This document shows, piece by piece, positions 22,893-30,644 of a DNA stretch of 35,415 nucleotides. The translations under genes and the position numbers were made by a program. The stretch lies in the IMG/VR virus record IMGVR_UViG_2711768052_000009; one strand, 5' to 3'. The first letter of the stretch is position 1, and every line of letters starts with the position of its first letter. The notes beneath the pieces were generated by a model that saw only the letters and a program-made list of their open reading frames with translations, did no database searches and had not been told where the DNA came from. Source of the stretch: a virus. Taxonomy: Duplodnaviria; Heunggongvirae; Uroviricota; Caudoviricetes.

Positions 22893-24419
22893 TTAGAAAT
22901 AAATCTCACCATCAACCATATATTTGAGAGCACTTATCGCCTGCTGGGCGGATATTACTTTCATTAAAGGATAGTGTTTAAAAACAATGCCATTCATAAA
23001 ATAGATATCACAGGTTTTATTATCCGTATTAATTATGATTTTTTCGAATGTTTTATAGGCAAGTGTACGGCATAACTCTCGTCCATTTTTACTGGTTAAG
23101 TCAATAGCATAAAAATCACTGAATGAATTTACACCTTTACTCTTCAAAGTTTTCAATGATACCGAAGCCCTTCGTAATTCCTTATCTAATAGTCTTATTT
23201 TCTCTGCTATAGCGGTAACTTCAGGCGCGACAGACAATGCAACGATTAAATTATTAATTTTCATCTGAAGCTCAATAATTTTTAACTCTAAAGTTTCATT
23301 AGCATCTTTCTTGTTTTCAACTGGTTGAATTTTGCTACAATTAAAAAGCAATTCATTAATGATATTATAATCAACCAAATCTCTTTTTATTGATGGCCTG
23401 TCACATCGATGTAATCTTCTCATCGGACAAACATAATAGCCATGCAAACTTCCAGATACCGCATGAACAATCATGGTATTACCACAAGCCTCACACTTCA
23501 TAACTGTTCGAAGTAGATTTATTAGCATAGGATTCTTGCTACTATTGCTAATACCAAAAGGTGCCAACCGAATTTCCTGTACAGCGTAAAACAAATCATC
23601 TGATATGACTCTGGGATAATAGCCAGCGATTTCACTTATCCCTTTCCCTCTTGCACGATATGAAGGTACGCATATACCTATCAGAGCTTTATTCGCTAAT
23701 AATTTTTCAATTACAGAAGGTCCCCATGCACTTTCTTTTCCTGAGAAATTCTTTACAGCATGATCATTTAAATACTTGGCTATTGCATTCAATGAGCGCC
23801 TTTCCATCCTGAGTTTAAAAATTAGCTCAATAGTTTTCACCCTGTCGGGGTCTGGAACAAAAGCCGTTCTTTTGTCATCTAAGGAGAGCCATCTCGGACA
23901 AGACGCCGTCATAATCGTACCTGATTCCAGTGCATCCTGCCGTTTTTTCTTCCATGATAATTTAACCCGACTTGACTTTATCTCGCTTTCTTCATTTGCC
24001 CTTTGTGCTATAAGTATGGCTTTTATTAATGAATATGGCTCATTCAAAGAGTCAATATTATAGACTGTATTGTCGCAAAGAGTTATAACATCAATACCGT
24101 GATTCAAAATCAATTTCAGACGTTCAATCGCTTCACCGACTTTTTCTCTTGAAAGTCTGTCCAGACTTTCAACTAACAATGTAGTTCCTGGCAATATATA
24201 ACCATGCTCTATAGCATCTAAAAATTCCGAAAAAGCTCCTGATTGTGCATGCTTTCCTTTGAATGCACTTAATCCTAAATCTTCATATGTTATGGTATCA
24301 AGATAATAATCACTATTTACCTTTAACCATTCAGCAATAAGTCTTCTCTGTCGGTTTAATGAGTCGCCAGACATCTGACCTGGTGATGAAAATCGCATAT
24401 ATGCTATGGCTTTTTTCAT
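22893..24419 (-). CDS. ybcK: Large serine recombinase (resolvase/invertase N-terminal catalytic domain, recombinase domain, zinc ribbon; YbcK-like)
   Basis: 508 aa; N-terminal AIAYMRFSSPGQ with candidate catalytic Ser; Cys cluster CEACGN...CPMRRLHRCD; AT-rich. Confidence 0.85.
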   Translation of the reverse strand: MKKAIAYMRFSSPGQMSGDSLNRQRRLIAEWLKVNSDYYLDTITYEDLGLSAFKGKHAQSGAFSEFLDAIEHGYILPGTTLLVESLDRLSREKVGEAIERLKLILNHGIDVITLCDNTVYNIDSLNEPYSLIKAILIAQRANEESEIKSSRVKLSWKKKRQDALESGTIMTASCPRWLSLDDKRTAFVPDPDRVKTIELIFKLRMERRSLNAIAKYLNDHAVKNFSGKESAWGPSVIEKLLANKALIGICVPSYRARGKGISEIAGYYPRVISDDLFYAVQEIRLAPFGISNSSKNPMLINLLRTVMKCEACGNTMIVHAVSGSLHGYYVCPMRRLHRCDRPSIKRDLVDYNIINELLFNCSKIQPVENKKDANETLELKIIELQMKINNLIVALSVAPEVTAIAEKIRLLDKELRRASVSLKTLKSKGVNSFSDFYAIDLTSKNGRELCRTLAYKTFEKIIINTDNKTCDIYFMNGIVFKHYPLMKVISAQQAISALKYMVDGEIYF

Positions 24420-24599
24420 GGTGACACCTGCTAACGTATGCTTTTATAAACCTTAGTGGTGGGATATAATTTTTGTTTAATTTTTATTTAAAAAGACAAT
24501 TAAGGTCACATTATCTTGAATATACAACAATAATCGTATTGCAATTTTCTTACGCCATAATCTTGAAAGCACAAAAGAATACATAAAAAATAAAGACAT

Positions 24600-24643
24600 T
24601 AACAAAAAGCATAAAACGAGGCTCATATAAATATAAGAGCCTC
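24600..24643 (-). terminator. Rho-independent terminator downstream of emrE
   Basis: GAGGCTC...GAGCCTC 7-bp inverted repeat (24618-24643) followed on the minus strand by GTTTTATGCTTTTTGTT. Confidence 0.55.
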
Positions 24644-24673
24644 CATATTTTAGTCGTTTAGAAACAAATTATT

Positions 24674-25006
24674 TTAATGTGGTGTGCTTCGTGACAATAA
24701 ATTAATAACCAACACACCGGCACAAATCAACATCATGCCTATAATGGCTGGCAGGTCCAGCCGTTGGCCGAAAAATCCCCATGACAGTAAGCTAATCAGG
24801 ACAATACCGACTCCTGACCAGATAGCATAAGCAATCCCTGTAGGAATATAAGCCAGCGTCTGAGCTAATAACCAGAATGATGCACAATAACAAATAATTG
24901 TACCAACAGATGGCCATAACCGTGTAAAACCTTCTGAAAACTTCATTAAGGTTGTACCAATGACCTCTGCAAGTATTGCACCACCAAGATAAATATAAGG
25001 GTTCAT
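24674..25006 (-). CDS. emrE: SMR-family multidrug efflux transporter EmrE
   Basis: 110 aa from ATG 25004-25006: MNPYIYLGGAILAEVIGTTLMKFSEGFTRLWPSVGTIICYCASFWLLAQTLAYIPTGIAYAIWSGVGIVLISLLSWGFFGQRLDLPAIIGMMLICAGVLVINLLSRSTPH; four TM helices with the conserved Glu in TM1. Confidence 0.92.
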   Translation of the reverse strand: MNPYIYLGGAILAEVIGTTLMKFSEGFTRLWPSVGTIICYCASFWLLAQTLAYIPTGIAYAIWSGVGIVLISLLSWGFFGQRLDLPAIIGMMLICAGVLVINLLSRSTPH

Positions 25007-25073
25007 AGCATATTCTTTCCTGTTCAAACTGGAGAGAATTGTACTACAGTTTGAACTCAACTCACCTGTTTCA

Positions 25074-25376
25074 TCATTGTGTTCCCATTGATGTTCTTTT
25101 ATATACCCTCAGTACCCGTTTCATCGCGGCACTCTGGCGACACTCCTTAAAAATCAGATTCGTGCTCACCTTTCCTTCCCGTTCTTCTCTGGTAGCGAAC
25201 CGGTAATACACCGTTCGCCAGACCTTACCATCAACGACCAGGATTCCTGCCCGCGCCATTTTAGCCGCAGCCTGATTTATGCTGGTTACGGTTGCGCCTG
25301 TTACCGCGGCAACGTCCTGTGCACAGAAGCTCTTATGCGTCCCCAGGTAATGAATAATTGCCTCTTTGCCCGTCAT
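25074..25376 (-). CDS. ren: Ren protein (confers resistance to Rex exclusion in lambda)
   Basis: 100 aa, MTGKEAIIHYLGTHKSFCAQDVAAVTGATVTSINQAAAKMARAGILVVDGKVWRTVYYRFATREEREGK...; matches lambda Ren; start overlaps the P stop. Confidence 0.88.
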   Translation of the reverse strand: MTGKEAIIHYLGTHKSFCAQDVAAVTGATVTSINQAAAKMARAGILVVDGKVWRTVYYRFATREEREGKVSTNLIFKECRQSAAMKRVLRVYKRTSMGTQ

Positions 25377-26074
25377 ACACTTGCTCCTTTCAGTCCGAAC
25401 TTAGCTTTGATTTCTGCGATCTTCGCCAGAGCCTGTGCACGATTTAGAGGTCTACCGCCCATGACAGGAAGTTGTTTTACTGGTTCAGGTATCGCCTCAC
25501 CACGGTTAATTCGCGCGGTCATACAGGACAGTTCATCGGCAGCCTTGCGCCGTAATTCCGCGTCAGTCAACGCATTGGCCCGCATGTTCTGATACAGGTT
25601 GGTAACCAGCCAGTAGTGCGCGTTTGATTTCCACGGATAAGACTCTGCATCCGGATACAGACCACGCTTCCGGCAATACTCGTAAACCATATCAACCAGC
25701 TCGCTGACGTTTGGCAGCCCGGCGGTAACGGATGCTTCTTCCCGGCACCATGCAACAAACTGCCCGGGTGATGGCAGAAATGGTCTATTCTGCCGACGGG
25801 CAACACGCATTCCGGCGCTCACCTGTTCCATCGTGGTGATCCCGTTTTCCCGGAAAGCCAGAACCCACTGGCGGCGGATTTCGTTCAGTTCGTTCTGGTC
25901 ACGATTAGCCAGGCTCGCCGGGAAAGTTGCCAGTAACTGGCTGAATACACCGTTGATTATCTGCGCTACCTGCTGTACCTGCGGCTTTTCGTCGTACTGT
26001 TCCGGCATGTTGTTGGCGATCCGACGCATCTGCTCACGGTCAAAGTTAATCATCTGTGCGGCGATGTTTTTCAT
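25373..26074 (-). CDS. P: Replication protein P (DnaB helicase loader)
   Basis: 233 aa, MKNIAAQMINFDREQMRRIANNMPEQYDEKPQVQQVAQIINGVFSQ...; matches lambda gpP. Confidence 0.93.
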   Translation of the reverse strand: MKNIAAQMINFDREQMRRIANNMPEQYDEKPQVQQVAQIINGVFSQLLATFPASLANRDQNELNEIRRQWVLAFRENGITTMEQVSAGMRVARRQNRPFLPSPGQFVAWCREEASVTAGLPNVSELVDMVYEYCRKRGLYPDAESYPWKSNAHYWLVTNLYQNMRANALTDAELRRKAADELSCMTARINRGEAIPEPVKQLPVMGGRPLNRAQALAKIAEIKAKFGLKGASV

Positions 26075-27000
26075 AGATCCACCCCGTAAATCCAGTCTGT
26101 GTTTGTCAGGTCGAGTTTTGGTTTGCTAGCTGTCACGCCTGCCTGTTGCTTGTTACGGTTGATTTCGAGTTGAGTCCACTTGTCGCGGAGTTTGGCCGGA
26201 CTTAGCACGTTACCGGACCAGAAGTTGTCCTGGCATGCCCAGCGGAAAAGCACGCACATGTCGCGGTGGTTACGTCCGTCACGTTCACGCATCAGGCGGA
26301 TATCGTTAGCCCACCCTGCAAAATTCGGTTTTCTGGCTGATGGTGCGATGGTCTTCACCATGTCAAACATCCACTCTGCGGCGGTCAGGTCTTCTGCTGT
26401 CCCCCACTTGCTGCCGCTCTGAATTGCAGCATCTGGTTTCACCACAGGAAGATCGTTTTCTGGTTGGTCAGAGGATTCGCCAGAATTCTCGGACGAAAAA
26501 GGTTTTATATTGTCTTTTGTTAGTTTGTCTTTTGTGTTTACCTGATTCGGGTAAACGCCTTTACCTGATTTGGGTAAACTTTTCTTACCTGATTCAGGTA
26601 AATTTACCTCTTTCAGGTAAACTTTATTTTTCTTACCTGATTCGGGTAATGTTGACCATTCACTGACCACATTATTAATACCGATATTCCGCCCGCTCTG
26701 AATCAAAATCCCACGCTTTACCAGAACACTTTTTGCAGCAGAACACTTGTGCGGTAATATCCCGGTCAATCCGGACAGTTGCTCGTTGCTCACCCAATCC
26801 AGTTTTTTATTAAAGCCATATGTTTTGCGCATGACAGCCAGGAAGACCAGAAGCTGGTGCTGTGTTAATCCGGCCAGCATCACAGCTTCCAGCAACTCAT
26901 TTGCAATGCGCGTATAACCATCATCGAGATCTGCCACGCGCGGCTCCTTTTGTGCCGCATCCGGCACTGGAAAATTGAATATCTCAGCAGTGTTTGCCAT
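26071..27000 (-). CDS. O: Replication initiator O (origin-binding)
   Basis: 309 aa from ATG 26998-27000 with GGGAGGA RBS: MANTAEIFNFPVPDAAQKEPRVADLDDGYTRIANELLEA...; N-terminal domain lambda-O-like; the iteron region is translated as repetitive LPESGKK linker; C-terminus with the P-interaction region. The track ORF extends 30 codons upstream. Confidence 0.88.
   Translation of the reverse strand: MANTAEIFNFPVPDAAQKEPRVADLDDGYTRIANELLEAVMLAGLTQHQLLVFLAVMRKTYGFNKKLDWVSNEQLSGLTGILPHKCSAAKSVLVKRGILIQSGRNIGINNVVSEWSTLPESGKKNKVYLKEVNLPESGKKSLPKSGKGVYPNQVNTKDKLTKDNIKPFSSENSGESSDQPENDLPVVKPDAAIQSGSKWGTAEDLTAAEWMFDMVKTIAPSARKPNFAGWANDIRLMRERDGRNHRDMCVLFRWACQDNFWSGNVLSPAKLRDKWTQLEINRNKQQAGVTASKPKLDLTNTDWIYGVDL
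26538..26650. repeat. ori: five tandem ~19-bp iterons (O-binding sites) inside the O gene
   Basis: tttacctgattcgggtaaa (26538-26556), tttacctgatttgggtaaa (26560-26578), cttacctgattcaggtaaa (26584-26602), tttacctctttcaggtaaa (26603-26621), cttacctgattcgggtaat (26632-26650); each internally palindromic (TACC...GGTA); adjacent AT-rich stretch at about 26480-26537. Confidence 0.85.
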
Positions 27001-27086
27001 AATTCCTCCCGCAATGAGTGTGTTACGATTTGCACCTGAAAGTCGGTTCTGTTCCCGCAGACCGACTTTCGCCATTTTTGAACCTG

Positions 27087-27632
27087 TCATATTGCCCCCA
27101 GCATGGTGGTGACCATCGCCATCAATGGACCAGCCAGATCCGGGTCCACTCGAAACATCGACACAATGCCTTCACTCATCTCCTTCAGTTTCTGGTGGCG
27201 TGGTGCGTTGAGAATGACCGCCTGCTTTGCCTCACAGAGTTCCTTTTCCATTTCAGCCAGCCGAGCCATGAAGCTATCCTGCTCAACCAGGTGGCCGCGA
27301 TATTCCAGCGGTAGTACCGCCAGAATTGCCGGGGTCAGTTCACGCACGTTATTTCGGTATTTTTCAGAATCGAATTTGTTATCGAGGAAGCGGAACAGCT
27401 TCTGGCGTGCACGGCTGACATCATCAGGGAAATCGATGGTGCCGCCGCCCTGCTCCCGATACTCATTCACAATGAGTGCGGCAACAACATCCTGATTATC
27501 TGCAGCCGACCAGGCGCGAACGGCATCACGGATTTTTTCGTGGCCTGGCACCTGTTTTATTTGAGAACGATTTATCACCGCAGTCGGGCTAAATCCGCTA
27601 GTCTGTTGGTATGTAAGTGGTTGCATAATCAT
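27087..27632 (-). CDS. YdaT-like protein (DUF1019) in the cII position
   Basis: 181 aa, MIMQPLTYQQTSGF...; segment NEYREQGGGTIDFP...LTPAILAVLPLEYRGHLVEQDSF resembles the Rac prophage YdaT core as remembered; not lambda CII-like. Confidence 0.65.
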   Translation of the reverse strand: MIMQPLTYQQTSGFSPTAVINRSQIKQVPGHEKIRDAVRAWSAADNQDVVAALIVNEYREQGGGTIDFPDDVSRARQKLFRFLDNKFDSEKYRNNVRELTPAILAVLPLEYRGHLVEQDSFMARLAEMEKELCEAKQAVILNAPRHQKLKEMSEGIVSMFRVDPDLAGPLMAMVTTMLGAI

Positions 27633-27656
27633 TGCCTTATCAGTTAACGCCGCAGT

Positions 27657-27884
27657 TTAGGCGGCAGAATTACTCGCGTTAAACAATGGTGCAAGGTCGG
27701 GACGAATATCTGCTGGTTTAATCTTTCCACCAGTGGCTGAGACAATTTTCATTACATAGCGGGCATCAATTCCGCCACCGTGTAGCCAACGCCAAACAGT
27801 GGGCTGGGCTACACCGCATAGATCTGCCAGTCGTTTTTGACTACCTGTAATACTGATTGCGAGTTGAATGGTTTGATTTGTCAT
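27657..27884 (-). CDS. cro: Cro-like HTH repressor (YdaS/Cro family)
   Basis: 75 aa from ATG 27882-27884: MTNQTIQLAISITGSQKRLADLCGVAQPTVWRWLHGGGIDARYVMKIVSATGGKIKPADIRPDL; HTH at QKRLADLCGVAQPTVWRW; divergent from cI across the operator region. The track start is TTG two codons upstream. Confidence 0.75.
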   Translation of the reverse strand: MTNQTIQLAISITGSQKRLADLCGVAQPTVWRWLHGGGIDARYVMKIVSATGGKIKPADIRPDLAPLFNASNSAA

Positions 27885-27994
27885 TATCAATTCCTATTGG
27901 TATTACAATGAATGGATAATAGCAATGCGTATTAACCCAATCAATAGCAAAACGTGTTTTGACCATCAATACGCAAGCGTATAAATTAAAACTT
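27885..27994. promoter_or_regulatory. Immunity control region: divergent PR (to cro) and PRM (to cI) with candidate OR operator repeats
   Basis: Minus strand: -35 TTGATT (27939-27944) / 17 bp / -10 TATTAT (27916-27921) for cro. Plus strand: -35 TTGACC (27959-27964) / 15-16 bp / TATAAAT (27980-27986) ending 8 nt before the cI ATG. Motif AATAGCAA at 27918-27925 and 27943-27950 (25-bp spacing). Confidence 0.6.
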
Positions 27995-28687
27995 ATGAAA
28001 AAAGAAACTCTTGCTGATCGCTTAAACCTAGCGATGGAACAATCTGGAATGTCTCAAGGCGCTCTTGCAAAGGCGTCTGGCGTAGCTCAACCCACAATCT
28101 GGAGACTGACAAGCGGCAACGCACGCGGCTCAACAAAAATTGTTGAAATAGCTAATGCATTGGGTGTTCGAACAGAGTGGCTCTCATCAGGCATAGGCCC
28201 GATGAGAAATGACGGTCAACAATCAGGGAAGCCTGCTGCCAACCATCCCAAATACTTCAAGATTGACGTTCTTGATATAGAAGTGAGTGCCGGGCCGGGA
28301 GTCATCAACCGTGAGTTTGTAGAAGTTCTACGCTCGGTTGAGTACTCGTTTGACGATGCTCGTCACATGTTCGATGGCAGGAAGGCGGAAAATATCCGTA
28401 TCATTAACGTACGCGGTGACAGCATGTCAGGAACGATCGAACCAGGTGATCTGCTGTTCGTTGATATCACGGTTAAATCTTTCGACGGTGATGGTATCTA
28501 TGCGTTTCTGTACGACGACACAGCCCATGTAAAGCGCCTGCAAATGATGAAGGATAAACTGCTGGTTATCTCTGATAACAAGAGCTACTCACCGTGGGAC
28601 CCAATCGAGAAAGACGAGATGAACCGGGTATTCATCTTCGGGAAAGTCATCGGGAGCATGCCGCAGACGTATAGGAAGCATGGATAA
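27995..28687 (+). CDS. cI: CI-type prophage repressor (N-terminal XRE HTH plus C-terminal S24 LexA-like autopeptidase)
   Basis: 230 aa from ATG 27995: MKKETLADRLNLAMEQSGMSQGALAKASGVAQPTIWRL...; Ala-Gly cleavage-site candidate in VSAGPG; S24 motifs GDSMSGTIEPGDLLFVD and HVKRL (Ser/Lys dyad). The track ORF starts at an upstream TTG. Confidence 0.85.
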   Translation: MKKETLADRLNLAMEQSGMSQGALAKASGVAQPTIWRLTSGNARGSTKIVEIANALGVRTEWLSSGIGPMRNDGQQSGKPAANHPKYFKIDVLDIEVSAGPGVINREFVEVLRSVEYSFDDARHMFDGRKAENIRIINVRGDSMSGTIEPGDLLFVDITVKSFDGDGIYAFLYDDTAHVKRLQMMKDKLLVISDNKSYSPWDPIEKDEMNRVFIFGKVIGSMPQTYRKHG

Positions 28688-28782
28688 TTCGACATAAATT
28701 CAACAAGTTAACTTTGGCTTCAAAAAAGCATCGATAACATTGCATTATATTTTTCCTTTTGTCTAACTTAAAAGGATGAACA

Positions 28783-29508
28783 ATGGAAGAACGTGGGAAT
28801 TACCTAATAGAACCCCTAGAAGTAATTGGTTCTGGCGGTTTTGGCCTTGTAGAAAAAATAAGGTTATATAACTCACAAAGAAAAATTTGTGGTCTATATG
28901 CCAGAAAAATTTTACGACCTGATGCAACAGATCCTGAACTCTTTACCAGATTTGAACGAGAAGTAAGATATCAAACTGAATGCCTGCATACTAATATTGT
29001 CCAAATATTCATATGCCACTTACAGAATGCTCAGCCTTGGTTCGTAATGGAACTAGCAGAAACAAATCTTGAAGAAGAAATAAAAAGTGGAACTCTTACA
29101 AAGGCTGAAAAAATCTCTATTGTAAAAATGGTACTAAATGCCGTCGGATGGATTCATAAGAAAGGATATCTTCATCGGGATATAAAACCACTAAATGTAC
29201 TAAAATTTAAAGATGGAATTTATAAGTTATCTGACTTCGGCCTTGCAAAAAATGTGTCACCAGATGCCAATACACAGCTATTAACACAAATTGGCCAATA
29301 CCCCGCTACTCCTAAATACTTTGATTACAACGTTTTCCTCAACGGATATTCAAAACAATCAGATATATATTCAATTGGTATTTTAATTGAAGAATTAAAT
29401 ATTGATGGTTTTGATGATATAATAAACAAATGTACGCATAGACAACTTAACAAAAGATTCCTGACCGTAGAGCAGATCTTTGAGGAATTGGAGTTGAAAC
29501 GCTTATGA
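28783..29508 (+). CDS. Hanks-type (eukaryotic-like) Ser/Thr protein kinase, minimal catalytic domain only (241 aa)
   Basis: ATG 28783 with AGGA RBS; Gly loop IGSGGFGLV (res 15-23); beta3 Lys in YARK (res 40-43); catalytic loop HRDIKPLN (res 131-138, nt 29173-29196); DFG in LSDFGLAK (res 150-152); APE-like ATPKY; DIYSIG (subdomain IX). No TM or sensor domains. AT-rich. Confidence 0.85.
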   Translation: MEERGNYLIEPLEVIGSGGFGLVEKIRLYNSQRKICGLYARKILRPDATDPELFTRFEREVRYQTECLHTNIVQIFICHLQNAQPWFVMELAETNLEEEIKSGTLTKAEKISIVKMVLNAVGWIHKKGYLHRDIKPLNVLKFKDGIYKLSDFGLAKNVSPDANTQLLTQIGQYPATPKYFDYNVFLNGYSKQSDIYSIGILIEELNIDGFDDIINKCTHRQLNKRFLTVEQIFEELELKRL

Positions 29509-30248
29509 TTAGCATACTCTCATCATCCATATTTTCTGTACCAAAACATAATGGCAGGGAAAATCAAGATAGCGTGCTTTATCCACTTCAAACACCAAAT
29601 GGTTATCTTATGGCTATAGCTGATGGGGTTGGTGGTTATAAAGGAGGAAAAGAAGCATCTGCAGCAGTAATAAATCATTTGTATAGTATTAAAGACAGCT
29701 TCACTCATGAAGACAATGTCTTATCCTTACTTAAGACCCTACAAGAAAAGGTGGCATCTCTTTCGTCAGTTGATAAAGAATTAGCATCTGCTGCTACAAC
29801 TTTAACAATGTGCCTACTTCACAATCAAGGTCTAACAATTATACATGTAGGTGACTGTCGTGTTTATTTAAAAAATGGAAATAAGCTAATCCAATTAACA
29901 ACAGATCATACTCAACATCAAATGTTGATAGATAGCGGTATTTATACAGCTCGACAGCTCAAAAATGCAAAAGGTAAAAATATTATTACAACTGCACTTG
30001 CTGCCAAGATCCCCCTTCAACATCAAGTCATAAATATTGATAAAGATGAACTTCCTCTTGACGATGGTGTTCTATCTCTATTCATCATGTCTGATGGCGC
30101 GCATACCTTTTGGGAGCAACGCCCACGATTTTCTTACCGTACATTGTCAACCGCATCAAGGTTTGCCTCCAGCCTAATGCGAAGAATAGAGACAAAAGGC
30201 CCGACTGACGATTATTCTCTTATAGCGGTAAATGTAAAGTATTTGTAA
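29505..30248 (+). CDS. PP2C/PPM-family Ser/Thr protein phosphatase (247 aa)
   Basis: ATG 29505 overlapping the kinase stop (ATGA); PPM motifs IADGVGGYKGG, HVGDCRVY (GDSR-type), TTDHT, FIMSDGA; compact bacterial PP2C size. Confidence 0.8.
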   Translation: MISILSSSIFSVPKHNGRENQDSVLYPLQTPNGYLMAIADGVGGYKGGKEASAAVINHLYSIKDSFTHEDNVLSLLKTLQEKVASLSSVDKELASAATTLTMCLLHNQGLTIIHVGDCRVYLKNGNKLIQLTTDHTQHQMLIDSGIYTARQLKNAKGKNIITTALAAKIPLQHQVINIDKDELPLDDGVLSLFIMSDGAHTFWEQRPRFSYRTLSTASRFASSLMRRIETKGPTDDYSLIAVNVKYL

Positions 30249-30253
30249 ACTTC

Positions 30254-30280
30254 CCGGCCACCGTGCCGGGTTTTCTTTTA
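30254..30280 (+). terminator. Rho-independent terminator ending the cI-kinase-phosphatase transcript (tImm-like)
   Basis: CCCGGCcaccgtGCCGGG hairpin followed by TTTTCTTTT, 6 nt after the phosphatase stop. Confidence 0.8.
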
Positions 30281-30404
30281 TCCCCTCCCCTCATCACATA
30301 TACCGTTCAAAAAACCACCACAATCTCCCTTCAGTTATCGCTATGCGATGCAAGTCACAAAATTAATTCTTTTTGCTATCAAACAGTTAATATCAAAACA
30401 CATC

Positions 30405-30455
30405 AATCAATAGCAATAAGTATTGATACCGCCAATAGCAATAGCTATTATTACC
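30405..30455 (+). promoter_or_regulatory. Candidate PL promoter with OL operator repeats
   Basis: -35 TTGATA (30423-30428) / 17-bp spacer / -10 TATTAT (30446-30451), oriented toward the downstream ORF and gam-bet-exo; CAATAGCAA at 30408-30416 and 30433-30441 (25-bp spacing), the same motif and spacing as at OR. Confidence 0.6.
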
Positions 30456-30644
30456 ATGTCGCAACAACACAACGATACGGCAACCGCCTGATTCACCGTT
30501 GCGATGACCGCTTAGATCCGCAGCTTGAATTTCGGCAGGCTCCGGGGAGTGCGAGGGGTGAAACGGACGCGTGAACGTCGGTGTGACCAGCTGAAATCAA
30601 CTCAACACCTCATACCTCAGTCGCTTCAACGAGGCGGCTTAGTT

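Noticed and set aside
26538-26650. Tandem ~19-bp repeats considered as a CRISPR array or mini-satellite
   Set aside because: Only five units, contiguous or nearly so without unique spacers, internally palindromic and located inside the O gene: ori iterons.
26180-26666. Plus-strand ORFs 26180..26422 and 26340..26666 overlapping O and the iterons
   Set aside because: Antisense to O; the translation merely reflects the iteron repeats.
27633-27656. nutR / tR1 between cro and the next gene
   Set aside because: Only 24 bp of spacer with no boxA (CGCTCTTA) and no boxB-like hairpin; a lambda-style nutR is not present here.
30263-30574. 103-aa plus-strand ORF spanning the terminator, OL repeats and PL promoter
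   Set aside because: Covers obvious regulatory DNA, has no RBS and its start codon lies inside the terminator hairpin; considered non-coding.
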